Shown one piece after another: positions 11,736 to 24,500 of a stretch of DNA of 64,000 bases. A program made the translations under genes and the position numbers. The notes beneath the pieces were generated by a model, which worked only from the letters and a program-made list of their open reading frames with translations, was not told the DNA's origin and did no database searches. The stretch spans positions 47,492,001-47,556,000 of the forward strand of contig NC_043010.1 of the NCBI RefSeq assembly GCF_006345805.1, in the 5' to 3' direction. How positions within the stretch are numbered: position 1 is the first letter of the stretch; every line of letters starts with the position of its first letter. This DNA comes from Octopus sinensis. Lineage: Eukaryota.

Positions 11736-14700
11736 TAATATATAATATGGTAGAGCATATCTGACAAATGCTTTGTAAGTTTACTGAGCTTATCATCATT
11801 ATCATTTAACATCTGTTTTCCATGCTGGCATAGGTTGGATGGTTTGACAGGCGCTCATAAGGCTAGGGGCCACACCAGCCTCCATTATCTGTTCTGGTAT
11901 GATTTCTATGGTTGGATGCTCTTCCTAGAATTGACCACTCCATAGAGTGTGCTGGGTGCTTTTTTATGTGAAGTTATTTCATTTGTTAAACTACAAAAGA
12001 CTGGAGGTTTCTACTGAATGCTAAAGATGCCTTTCAAAGGTTTCAAGCTGTAAAAACTGGGATAAACTCGAGTATATCTCATCCATTACACCAAATCAAA
12101 TACACAAGAATATCTGGTGAAATATCCCACTGATAGCTTAATAGCTCAACTAACTGTTAGCAAGGAACTGAAATATGTAGCCAAATAGCTTAATTTGATA
12201 GCATTTAACTAATTAGTATCATTAAGCACCAGATACTAAGTAGAGTTAAAAAGGAAAGCCTCTGGAAGATCTAATTATGTGATGGACCAGTTATTATTAT
12301 GTTCTAAATTAATACACAAAAATACGCAAAAAAAAGAATATTTATTCCCTTTCTCTCTCCCTCTCTCTCGGAGAGGCACAAGCACCTACACACACATATA
12401 CACACACAGCCTACCAAATTCAATCATAAAGCTTTGGTCGGCCGGAGGCTATAGCAGAAGACACTTGCCCAAAGTGCCACGCAGTGGGACTGAACCCAAA
12501 ACCATGTAACTAGGAAGCAAGCTCCCTAACCACACAGCCATACCTGATTTGAAATTGCTCATATGAAGCATTAAGATTATTAAATCTTTAACTGAATTTT
12601 CAAACATGCTAATATGTGGCTGAAAATAATACATTTTTTTAAAATTTAAAAGCCAGACTAGCAGAAATGGTAAAATTTCAGATTTTCAGGGTCCTCCTGT
12701 TTCACTTTTTAAAGTCATAATGAAGTCTACTTCAATTTTCCTTCTACTGACATTAATAAATTATATTATAGCAATATACAAAAGCTGAGCTAGTTAATCA
12801 TGTGACTGCTATGAAAACAAATAATTTCCTTTAACAGACAATACAATCAAGTAAGTGCAATCCACAACCATTGAAATTCACTTCATTACATCTCAAACAC
12901 ATACCAATTGAAACCCTTTGATGTCCAAGATATTAGCTATTTCTTTCCACATTTTTCATTTTGTTAAGGTGCTCCTACTCCTCATTTAAATTGGCCTTGT
13001 GTCTTATTAACAGAAATAAATGATTTTATAGTATTAAGTAAGCTTAAAATTATTATTCAGTATAGCCATTCATAACTCCCTACATCCACCCTTCACTCCA
13101 ACCTAATTTTTGAAGTCGTTGCCTACCTCCCATACTCCTATCTCTTGCTCTCCCATACACTTTTGCAAATCCCTACCCACCTACACTCCTAGTTCCCCCA
13201 TCTCATTGCACTTCTACTCACCGTGTACCTTAAGGAATCACCTGTGACTTGCAGCTCCTCCAGACCATTCTCACTCTCTCTCTCCTAAAGGCGATCAACC
13301 ATACAGCTCCTGTACAGGAATCGGTTCACCCCTCCCTCCTTCCCTTCTTGAACCCCTTCATCTTCTCACATAAAGCTCCTGCTACCCCTGGGTTTTGTAG
13401 TCTTGCAAGCTACATGGAAACATCACTTGTGCCAATGGCACAAAAAAAGCACCTGGTACATGCAGTAAAGTGATTGCTATTACAAAGGACTTCCAACCAT
13501 AGAAATCATGCCAAAGCAGATATTGGAGGATGATGTGCTCCAGCATCCATCGGATCCTGTCAAATTGTCCAACCCTTGCCAGCATGGAATACAGATTTTA
13601 ACCCTTTAGAATTCAGATTACTCTGTCAGATATAATACCTATTTATTCACATTGTTTTGAATTAATCATGCGTAGGAGTGGCTGTGTGGTAAGTAGCTTG
13701 CTTACAAACCACATGGTTCTGGGTTCAGTCCCACTGCGTGGCACCTTGGGCAAGTGGCACCTTGGGCAAGTGTCTTCTACTATAGCCTCGGGGCGACCAA
13801 AGCCTTGTGAGTGGATTTGGTAGACAGAAACTGAAAGAAGCCTGCCCGTCGTATATGTGTGTGTGTGTGTGTGTCTGTGTTTGTCCGATGCTGGTGTGCT
13901 TACATCCCCCAACTTAGCGGTTCGGCAAAAGAGACCGATAGAATAAGTACTAGGCTTACAAAGAATAAGTCCTGGGGTCGATTTGCTTGACTAAAGGTGG
14001 TGCTCCAGCATGGCCACAGTCAAATGACTGAAACAAGTAAAAGAGTAAAAGAGTATCTTGTAGCTTTGAGATTTCGATGATGCAATTGTTGACTTTCAGT
14101 GTGACATTGTAGGGTAAGTGTAAGAGACTGTATTTGGTTAGTTAAAACCAATTGAATATTTTGGCCAGATATGGTCAGTTTAAATGCTAAAGGGTTAAAT
14201 GATGATGATGGATAGCTACATGGCTTAATTTATAGTTGCACCTGTTAGCTAACTTATATTTAGTGATATTATCTCTGTACCATAGCCTAAACCTAGAAAA
14301 TTGATAAATACTTCAATCTAAAAGATATGATGTTTTGTTTTATTAAATTCCAGACCCATAATTTCTATGAATGATAAAGTCAATCATTATTTAAACCCAT
14401 GTCAAACCTGACTGAGAGGTCCAATAATAAAAGGTGTTCCTGTCATCTCCATGCATTCTTTCTTTTCTTCCGGTATAGTATATCTGATGTATCCCTCTTT
14501 TAAGACAGAAGGATGGAATCTGAAGAAGATTTGGCTCTTATTCCAAGCCGGTTAAACAATGCATAGAGTTTTCTTTGTTCTGTTTAATTGAAGGCAGGAA
14601 AGACTTTCTATGTGTGACTGGTTACTGACCTCAGTAGATACATTTACAACTAATTCATCTCATTACCCACTCGGACAATGTAAGCTCTCAATAATATCTT

Positions 14701-14853
14701 ATGTTACATAAGCACACAACCGTCACTGAAAATGAAATAAAGTCGTTTGATGTTTATGACTTTCTGAATAATTTTGTACTGTAAATGAAGTGAAATAAGA
14801 ATTGATTGATTTACTAACTTGGCTCTCTGGGTGATTAGCTGTGCAGTGCTTAC

Positions 14854-14900
14854 CTCAGACTTGATAACATATTGGTTTCTTCTGACTAGTAACAAAACAC
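14854..14900 (-). CDS. Candidate exon (xVLLLVRRNQYVIKSE)
   Basis: Strong acceptor ttttctctacccttAG and donor GAG|GTAAGC; only one frame open. Linkage to the upstream exons is unresolved. Confidence 0.5.
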
Positions 14901-17653
14901 CTAAGGGTAGAGAAAAATGTTATATTCATGTCTCCCCAACCTGGTATTAATGACAAAAGTGAAGTGGAGGGTAGTTAAAAGTGGAATGTGTTTCCTTTTT
15001 ATTAGCTTCTCAGAGCAAAGATTAACAATTATAAATTATCTTTTAGTCCCTCCTCTTAGCCATTCATCACTCCCTACATCCACCCTTCACTCCTGTTGTA
15101 TTATAGCTATTTAATTTTTTATCATTTTATCAGCTTTAGTGGAATGAGAGCTGACCAAGGTTAGTAATAAATTTAGTACTGTGACATGTTAAAGCAGGGT
15201 AAAAAAAGGTTTGTAGTTCAAGATTCTCACGCTTTTTCAGGATTCTTTAAAAGAATAAATTTTCAATTAATTTTGATAAGTCAACTTCTGTAAGTATATA
15301 AATGCAGCAGAGAAGAAAATGAATGTGTGTGTGTGTGTGTGCGCGTTCATGCACGCATGTACATGCTTAATACAAAATATTGCAATAAATTTACAAGAAA
15401 AAAACTCGATCAGCTTCAGTTCTTACTCATTCTCACAACAGACATACACACACACACTGAGTGTATATTTTAATATTGTATATATCCTTTAAAAAAAATA
15501 ATAATAATAACAAAGACAGTAAGTGAGAGAAGTAATTTTTAAAGCAGGTTATTTTAGTAGTTACAAACAGAAAAAAAATGATTTCAACATTAATTCATTC
15601 ATGAAGTTCTATATTTCTTAATATTTTAATTGAATGCATTTGACAAATGGAACTTGTCACATCACAACATTGAGTATTTTTCTCTAAGAGGAAAATGATT
15701 ATGATTTTGTGTATTCTAAGTGCTTCACTTTAATTCCAATGGATGTATAAGACACAGAAAACAGTTGATATGTTGTTATGCAAGGACTTCTTTGATTTTG
15801 TTGTCTATAACTGTTACATCAAAACTGTTTGAAAATGAAACTTTGAAATCTTCAATAACTTTAAACTTGCACACAAATCAGTCAAACATATATGGAAAGT
15901 TTTCATTTGAAATTCTTGATAATAAATTCATTTTCTCATTTTCACATTTACTTTCCAAACTCATTTCAAACTACATTTGTTTAATATTTTGATTTTATAA
16001 CTGGATTGTCGGCACACGTCTCGCATTTTCTTTAACAAATAAGACACCATTTCACTTGTTGTTTGATTATGTCTTCTAAGTCGCTTAGTATTTTGAATAG
16101 ATGATTTTTTCTCTTCTTTTAGACATGAAATTGTTTTTTTGGCCTTCAAGATCTTTCTTCTCAACATCTTTGTCTTTTCAGATTTCAACCTCTTTCGAGG
16201 TTCTCGACAGCCAATGCGGTCAATTTCTTTTAGAAGACACCTGATTCGTGTCAGCTTGTAGGCTTGGCATTCCAACCGGGCTAATAAATTGATTTTTTGT
16301 CGTATCCCTCGGTTAAGACAATTTGTCAACATCTTCATGCTGTGCTCTGTTCTTGATCTTTTCAAGGAAAAAAATTCTGCAATATCAACAACTCTATGTT
16401 AATTTATTAAAAACCATTTGCATAATTTGATTTTATATTACTATATATATATATATACTAGTATTATGTATATACTAATATTATTTTATATTACTATGTA
16501 TATACTAGTATTATTTCAATTATACAGTTGTAGATATTCTAACATACTTTCTATTTAAGCTCCAAATTACAAAATAAAAATAGCTGGTATTTCTTTTAAA
16601 GAGTTAAGTTCACCCTTTTTGATACCATATTTCTGTTAAAATATACTTCCCTCATTTCAATTAATTTTTAAAATTTTAAAAAATTTAGAAAAATAAGTTT
16701 GTCATTATTAAGCTGGTGTTTGAACCATAAATTGGCAGAACTCTGCTAATCCCTTGTAACTTTTTTAGTTTTTGGAATTTTCAAAAAACTTTTGTGAATT
16801 GGTGTTCTATACACAGGACTTCATTCATACGATATATGATATATGAAAGAAGAAATTTTTTTTCCTTTTTTTAAAACTCTCCCCATCCCCTAAATCCTAA
16901 CATTTTCTCTCTTTTCTGAATTTTTTTTATAAAATCAGTATTCAAAATGCAGACGGTCTGATTATTTTTGTTTAAATTCCATCAGTGGACCTCCCTTGGA
17001 TGCATCATCATTCCATTATAAATGTGTTTAAGGAAAAACATTGAAACACATCAATACATGTCAAAGTGGCAAAGAAATGAGAACGGTGTCAGGTGGTCAT
17101 GGGATGTGCTAAAAGCAACAGCTAAGTTGCCTTGAATCACACATACACACAAAAAATTTTTTTGCATAATTGTATGAACACCCGAACGCAGAACACAAAT
17201 TCACAAAACTTTCTGAAAATTCCAAAATATAAAAAATGTTATGAGGGGTTATATGGAGACCTTAAACTAGAATTCCACCTATAAATTAATTTGAAATTTT
17301 GAAGAAAGGTTTTAATTTAAATTACTTTAAAACAAGAAGTTTGTATCACAGATGCAGGGAAGGTCTCCAACAAGTTTGGTATCAAAAGGTTTTAAAGTTA
17401 ATTTAATTAGATTCTTCTTCTATTTAGAATAGTATAGATGAATTGATTTTGTTCATATGTTTCCTATATTTAACCCTTGAAAGCTTTTGACAAAATTAGC
17501 CATCCTTCTACAATTGTGATGTAAACCAATGGTTTTAAACTTTTTGTAGCTCAGCGCACCTTTCCCAAAATGGTGTCTTACAAATGCTCTTTCACCCAGC
17601 CTTGCAACAAGATTATTTTTTGAAGGTATTTCTAAATTTTTGGGGGAAATTAC

Positions 17654-17780
17654 CAAAGAAGGTGAGATCTTATACAACAAACTATATTGGACCTTGGCAT
17701 ATCCTCAATCATGTTTCTGCACATAGATAACGCAATATCCTGTTCATATTTTAATCTCAACAAAGACATTGAAAATGTAG
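17654..17780 (-). CDS. Coding exon (ATFSMSLLRLKYEQDIALSMCRNMIEDMPRSNIVCCIRSHLL); either spliced at TG|GTAATT or terminal (..W-stop)
   Basis: Acceptor atatttacattttAG; 42 open codons; phase-1 start. Confidence 0.65.
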
Positions 17781-18073
17781 CTAAAATGTAAATATTATAC
17801 CTGGTTTGAATGTTTGATTTTTATGAAGAATCATGACTCCTAAGCATTTAGCTCCCCCTTGACATTTGCTGCTTTGATGTGAACTTAAAATGCTCCCAAG
17901 GTACAACTGCCCAGGTTAAGAACCAACAATATAAGCCGTAGATCACATGCAATTCAATAGAGTCTTAATCATTAATACTTTATAGACTATCACTAAACAA
18001 ACTTTGCAATTGTTTTAACTTGGAAAACAAGCACCAGTAATAAAACAAAGAGAAGAGTATTGCCTATTTTTAC

Positions 18074-18105
18074 CAAGAGAGGAACTACAGATAAACTTTA
18101 ATCTT
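18074..18105 (-). CDS. Small exon (KRLKFICSSSL; or in-frame 11-nt form 18074-18084) whose acceptor lies in the TSD of a PLE-like insert
   Basis: Donor G|GTAAAA. Phase 2 to 1 exactly bridges the 21.3 kb exon (ends phase 2) and the 17.7 kb exon (starts phase 1). Confidence 0.55.
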
Positions 18106-18107
18106 CT

Positions 18108-18614
18108 AACATTATTTACATTCGATGGATATTTGTCCTCATCTTGTTTGTTGTTAACACAACGTTTCGGCTGATATACCCTTCAGCCTTCTTCAGGTGT
18201 CTTGGGGAAATTTCAAACCTGGGTTCTCAGGTTCTCATTCCTAAAGTATTTTTTATGTTGTTGTTGTTATTATTATTGTTATTGTTATTGTTGTTCAGGT
18301 CACTGCTTGGAATTGAACTCGGAATCTTGGGGTTAGTAGCCCGTGCTCTTAACCCCAAGATTCCAAGTTCAATTCAAAGCAGTGACCTGAACACCACCAA
18401 CAACAATAATAATAATAACAACAACAACAACATAAAAAAGTACCATAGGAATGAGAACCCAGGTTCAAAATTTCCCCCAAGACACCTGAAGAAGGCTGGA
18501 GGGTATATCAGCCAAAACATTGTATTAACAACAAACAAGATGAGGTCAAATATCCGTCGAATGTAAATAATGCAAATAATGTACATAATTCTTCATCTCT
18601 TAAATAGAGAACTG
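18108..18614. mobile_element. Inverted-repeat PLE pLTR insert (family 2) with 11-bp TSD tttaatcttct
   Basis: Left arm ~18108-18354 and right arm ~18351-18570 are reverse complements, switching at taacc microhomology. TSD at 18097-18107 and 18615-18625. Confidence 0.85.
18156..18201 (-). ncRNA. Hammerhead ribozyme, family 2 (intact)
   Basis: GACAC-CTGAAGA-A-GGCTG..CAGCC-GAAACGT-T-GTGTT with ACGT palindromic stem III. The mirror copy at 18481-18526 (+) has GAAA mutated to AAAA. Confidence 0.8.
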
Positions 18615-19199
18615 TTTAATCTTCTTGTTGAAAACCACAATATCTTAATTATAACTTAATATCTTATTCAAAACTTAATTATAAATTCTAAAAAAAAAAT
18701 GTATAATATCCAAGATGGTACTTCAAAATATTAACAAAGAATATTAATGAAACAATTCATGCAAAAACATAAAATAACAATTCAGAAAATTATGAATGAG
18801 AGCACACGCACACACGCACATACACACAGACACACACACAGTCTCTAATAGGTGAAAAACAACAATAATTCTGATGGACTAAGTTAAAAGAATAGGGCAA
18901 AATATGCAACAAAATAGATGACCTTGGTAGAATTTGAGCTCTGAACATAAATATGATGATAATGATAGTTTCTTCAAACTTTGATTTTGTTACATATATT
19001 CAAATTTACATTTCTAAGTTCAAATCCTACCAAAGTCATCTTTCCCTTTCATCCCTCTGGAGTTGATAAAGTACCAGTCAAGTACTGGGATCAAATGTAT
19101 TAATAACTCCTTTCCCCTCAAAACTGCTTTCCTCATGCTTAAATAAGAAACTATCAGTTTTGTATCTTTATTCATTTAGATGCCCAACAAAAAAGAGTC

Positions 19200-19420
19200 C
19201 TAATATACTATCAAGCCACTGCTGGTATTTGAAAAGTCAAATGCAGTATACAAGCTACAGTGGAAAACCTTATCTGAGGCCACACCTTGTAAGAGTAAAA
19301 GGACATGATGCAATCTATGTACAGAAGAAAAAATCATATCCAAGGCCACTGAGAGAAGCAGTGGGCTCCAAAACTAGCCCAGGAGTAGGACGTCTAATGA
19401 GAATCTAGTGTTCAAGCTCC
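19200..19420 (+). mobile_element. Decayed PLE GIY-YIG C-terminal remnant
   Basis: One frame reads LQWKTLSEATPCKSKRT*CNLCTEEKIISKA, like the W..L....Y......CNLCLEEK motif of PLE endonucleases. Confidence 0.5.
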
Positions 19421-20809
19421 TGGAAGCTTTGGACTTTTGGCAATTTGTAGCACTATCTTAAGCTTAGTACCACTAAATTATGGCTTAAAGTGCTGGTGAG
19501 GATTATCCTGGAGCTTATGGTCTGAAATAAAATATGGAAAATAAAGCACATTCACAGATTTACACATGTTTTCTTGCACCTTCCTTATTAACGCATATGA
19601 TTTAATGAAATTTTATACAGATATAGGCACAGGCATGGCTGTGTGGTAAGAAGCTTCCTTCCCAACCACATGGTTCTGGGTTCAGTCCCACTGCATGGCA
19701 CCTTGAGCAACCAAAGCCTTGTGAATGGATTTGGTAGACAGAAACTGAAAGAGAATAACATTGTCCACAACATATCACTTCGAATTTCCAAATGATCAAC
19801 TAACAAAACTATAATTTCCTAGAACTTCATAATCACTTGAGCAATCAAAAACATTTTGTCATTGTCATCTTCATTATCATTATTCTTTATTTTTATGGGT
19901 TTATGAGCTATATAAGTATTTGAATTATCATCAACAATTGATGAATTGAAGCAAATACCAATGTTGGATTAACCATTAAGCAAAATAAGTGCATGCTTTG
20001 GGCAAGGGACAGGGGCCACCACAGAAATGGTAATTGTTTTACAGCACCAAAAAAATCACTTTAAACTTGCTAAAATAATATTCAAAGTGATATATATGAT
20101 TGGAAATATAATTTCAAAGTGTTCATGGTATCATAGTGAGGATCTGACCAAAGACTTCGCAATTAGTAAAAAAAGGAGAAAACTTTTCAAATACAAATAA
20201 AGTAGAAGTATACAAAAACAAAAAACAAAAGGGATCAGAGGGGTGATGCATACCCTGCACTTACAATGCTTTGCATTGCTTACCCAAGATAATGAAAAGG
20301 TACTCCTCAAGTAAGTTATCCATTGAATTAGATTTATTTAATCTTCATTAGAAGGGGACTAAGGGCTCTTTGCACTTTTAAAATCATCGAGCTGATGCAG
20401 TTAATATTAAGTGTGAAAATGCCTACAATTTGAAACTTGAGATAATTGAGAAGGGTTCACAGATTTAGGAAAGAAACATTGGGAAAAGGCATAGTATAGG
20501 TGATGAATGGTAAGTGAATAAAATAGTTTGGGTATGGGGTGAGGGATACAGCTTACAATTCAAAGGTGCACATCAAGAACTATTGTATGAGCAGTAACTA
20601 CAGTTTAGGGTTTATGAGACATTACTTTCAAAATATTTGGAAAATAGCCTTGAGTGAATGTTATTTTATAGACTCCAAAAAGATGAAAGGCAAAGTTGAC
20701 CTTGACAGAATTTGAACTCAGAAAATAAAGACAGATGAAATACCACTAAACATTTTGCCTGATGTGCTAACGATTTTACCAGCTCGCCAAGGTAAAGGGT
20801 AAAGAACCC

Positions 20810-21135
20810 CTTCAGCCATGAATGACCATGAGATTGCACCTAGAACGTTCCTTTCCTAGGAACAAGTCCATACAAGGTTGTTTATGGAAGCCCAGCAGTT
20901 GCTCATGCATACCAACCTCTCCTCTCGATGCTACCAATGTTATCCAAGAGAAAGGCAAAGGCTGATACAACTTGACATCAGTGACGTCATAACTCATTTC
21001 TACAGCTGAGTGAACTGGAGCAACAAGAAATAAAGTGTCTTGCTCAAGAACACAACACACATCCCAGTCCAGGAATCGAACTCACTACCTCATGATTGTG
21101 AGCCTGATATTCTAACCACTGAACCATGTGCCTTC
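20810..21135 (-). mobile_element. tRNA-derived SINE family S4 (also ~8990-9300)
   Basis: Two homologous CpG-depleted copies. Confidence 0.8.
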
Positions 21136-21255
21136 ACAACTCACCACTGTGTAGGTAAAAGAAATATTTAAAATGTACATTTTGTACACCTTCTTTACTC
21201 TTTGATTTAAACAAAACCTACCAAAAATAATAAAACAAAGAAGGAATTGTCTCAC

Positions 21256-21352
21256 TTATGATAGCTGACCAGCAGGGGTAAACCCCATGTATTGATTTTT
21301 AGTATGGTATAAAAGGTGACATTGGTGTGGTAGGTAAAATACTGGCCTAAGG
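21256..21352 (-). CDS. Internal coding exon (TLGQYFTYHTNVTFYTILKINTWGLPLLVSYH)
   Basis: Strong acceptor tttgtatttataaatcttcAG, donor AA|GTGAGA; 97 nt open, phase 1 to 2. Confidence 0.75.
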
Positions 21353-22744
21353 CTGAAGATTTATAAATACAAATTGTGACTTGAACTTATTTAGTCATGT
21401 TATTAGAGCAGGTATGAAGTAAATAACAAAAGGGTTTGATGGTGGAATACCAGATTAACAAGACGACAAACTGACAAATGGTTTGATGGCATATTGTGCT
21501 GCAGTCAAGTCATCATTTTGTACGACAATGTAAATAAGTTTGTTGCTTTAAGCTTATTCCATTTTAAAAGTCTCATCTCAAATAAAATTTCCACTATTAT
21601 ACAAGAGTAGGAGCACTCCGTCGGTTACGGCGATGAGGGTTCCAGTTGATATGATCAACGGAACAGCTTGCTCGTGAAATTAACGTGCAAGTGACTGAGC
21701 AATCCACAGACGTGCGTACCCCTAACGTAGTTCTCAGGGAGATTCAGCATGACACAGAGTGTGACAAGGCCAGCCCTTTGAAATACAGGTACAACTCATT
21801 TTTGCCAGCTGAGTGGACTGGAGCAATGTGAAATAAAGTGTCTTGCTCAAGGACACAACGCGTCGCCGGGAATTGAGCTCATGACCTTACAATTGTGAGC
21901 CAAATGCCCTAACCACTAAGCCACGTGCCTTCACCATACAAGAGTAGAGCATATGTAAATGGTCATAACAAAAACGCAGCTGCAGCTATTACTACAACAC
22001 TCACACAGCATTTAACTAATGTAATACATATTCAGACATTGTTTTTGATATCATAAAAAGGAGTGTCAGTTTTAAGGATTGATAGCATGATCATAGGAAA
22101 CAAAATATTAGAGAGAGAGGGAGGATAAAGAGAGGTAGATAATGTGTGTGTGTGTGCAGATGTATTATGTGTGTGGGAGAGAAATTGCAAACAATTTCAA
22201 CTAATACAGCAATTAGCTAACATATAATTTCCCAATACTGAAATTTGGGATTATGACTAAAATTTGCGTGTGGCTGGCTGCAAGGAAGAAAATGTAGTAA
22301 ATAAACATTCTTCCCAGCCAAAGAATTCAACACCTACTTATTTGCCTCAAAACTCAATGTGAGCTGATGAAGCCACAAAGACAATATAGTACAACCTTAA
22401 AGCAAATGTAATTATGCAATTAAAAGCTCAAACAAAATCTAATAAAATGACTAGAAAAATAACAACTTTTTCTTGAATTCTTTAAATACAAAATTGGTGG
22501 CAGCATGTAAAATGGAGGATAACAGAATCAACATTGACATTGTAGGGTTAAATGAATGTCAAATCTACTGCTGCTGGTAAGAACTATAATGGTTGTTGTG
22601 TTTTAACAGTTTAAAACATGTTTGTGTGCCATATGAAACACATGGGATTAGTTATTCAAAATATAGACAGCAATATAAAAATAGATAAAATACAAAAGTC
22701 AAAAAGAGAAATCACGCTTCAAAATTCTTTCCCTTTCCTCTCAC

Positions 22745-22785
22745 TGATGAAAATCTGTTCCCCCAAAACACACACTGTTAGGCTG
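22745..22785 (-). CDS. Small coding exon (..CVLGEQIFI) with two possible acceptors (30-nt form 22745-22774 or 41-nt form)
   Basis: Donor A|GTGAGA; acceptors cctaacAG and tctatctcttaacAG. The 30-nt form is phase 1 to 1 and joins the 27.5 kb and 21.3 kb exons in frame. Confidence 0.55.
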
Positions 22786-22819
22786 CTGTTAAGAGATAGA
22801 GTTAAGGCTACTGCTAGTT

Positions 22820-23119
22820 GTTTGTTCCTTCTTGAGTCACGCCAGGCTCATAAGGGCCGGTTTCCCGGTTTCCTTGGTGTATAGGTTCCCCACCTGGACG
22901 GGACGCCGGTCTGTCGCAGGTGAGCTGCAAGATGCAGGAGGAAAGAGTGAGAGAAAGTTGTGGCGAAAGAGTCAGCAGAAGTTCGCCATTACCTTCTACT
23001 GGATCTGCATGGAGCTTAGATGTTTCGCTTATAAACAAACATCCCCCGGTCTGAGATTCGAACCTGTGATCCCTCGACCGTGAGTCCGCTGCTCCAACCA
23101 CTAGGCCATGCACCTCCAC
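22820..23119 (-). mobile_element. tRNA-derived SINE family S5 (also ~55985-56275)
   Basis: A/B-box head; TSD tactgctagtt. Confidence 0.85.
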
Positions 23120-23129
23120 TTACTGCTAG

Positions 23130-24500
23130 TTAGATACAGATGAACAAGAAGTGTAAAAGTGTATTGCCCTGTAGTACTCCCACTGCAGTATTGCACCACT
23201 GATTCTGTTTTCTTACACATCATGATTGCATCCATTGTTTCTTGCCATATCCCATAGGTCCTCCCTATTTCAGCCATCTTTTCTTGATGCACTGAATCAA
23301 AGACCTTCAAGAAGCCCACAAACTGCCTCTAAGTTCCTTGCCCTCACTCCATTGATGATTATTCTTACAGTCAATATCTGCCCAAAAGTCAATCTCTTCT
23401 TTCTGAATCTGCTCTGGTTTGATTTCAGGTTGGATTCAATGACACATTACACTGTAGATATTAGCAGCAATAGCTGTGTGATACCACTATAGTTGGTAGT
23501 CAGTGATAGGTCCCCTTACTTCAGAAACAGGAGAATGCATCCTTCTGTCCAGATCTGGCTTGCACATTGGTTGTACATATGAATGCAGAATTGCAGGAGA
23601 TTATCAATAAAGTTTCTTGTCTTCCAAACTTCAGTGGTGATCTCCTCCAGACCAGCACCTTTCTTGTTTTGCATACATCTATTTATCTTTCCTGTAATAT
23701 TGGCTTTTCTCAACAAAAAGCTAGAAGCAGGAGGCAGCCAGCCAGGAAGATCACTGTTGGTAACTATGCAAACAACCCTGCACTATTTACTGACAAGGTA
23801 ACTGATACTGAAAAACTGCTGCATGCACTAGAAGAGCCAGCTTTCAGGATCAATCTTTATGTGAATGCTGGGAAGACTGAATATTCATATGCTTTAACCA
23901 GAATGGTCAGATCCACTCAGTGAGTGGTACATCTCTGAAGAAAGTCAAGTCTGTCACTTATCCCAGGATTGATATTTCATTCACCAAAAAAGATATATCA
24001 ATTTACACTGCAAAAGCATAGAATGCATGAAACAAATTAAGAATAATTTGGAAGTCTACACTGCCTGGCTGGATAAAAAGGGAATTTTTCCAAACCATAG
24101 TAGAACCAGTTTTTCTCTTTGGCTCATCAGCATGGACTCTGATAAAAAAAGATGGAAAATAAGCTTGATGGGGCCTATGCACATGTGTTGGTTGCTGTTC
24201 ACAACAAATCATGGAAACAATATCCAATGAAAGAAGTGCTTTATGGAAATATCCCCAACATATCAATCATTTAAAAGTGAAGGACAAGATATGCTGGTCA
24301 TTACTATCAAAGCAAAAATGAATTCTGTGAACTTGAGCCATGAGAATTTTCATGTTGAATGATCCAGAATGACACATTAATCAACTCTCTCATGATACTG
24401 AGTTACAAACAGAAGCCTTCAAAAATGTCATGAAAGACAAAAATACTTGGAGGGAAGAGTGATTTTAGTCTGGGCAACCTGCTGCCTGAAATGAATGAAT
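23130..24500 (+). mobile_element. 5'-truncated RTE-like LINE with inverted 5' segment (23130-~23700 minus; ~23700-24500 plus)
   Basis: Minus: KGAGLEEITTEVWK..WTEGCILLFLKKGDL, KVFDSVH, VLQGNTL. Plus: KARSRRQP..NYANNPALF..VNAGKTEY; (AATG)n tail. Confidence 0.8.

Noticed and set aside
15231-15244. 14-nt micro-exon candidate on minus (AATCCTGAAAAAGC|GTGAGA)
   Set aside because: Splice signals are plausible, but it cannot be joined in frame to the 17654 donor without a stop.
19160-19408. Plus-strand ORF behind a good acceptor (tttattcatttAG)
   Set aside because: Another frame matches a decayed PLE GIY-YIG C-terminus, so it is a repeat remnant rather than an exon.
22820-23119. SINE heads as functional tRNA genes
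   Set aside because: They have A/B boxes only, no acceptor stem or complete cloverleaf, and continue into SINE bodies with TSDs.
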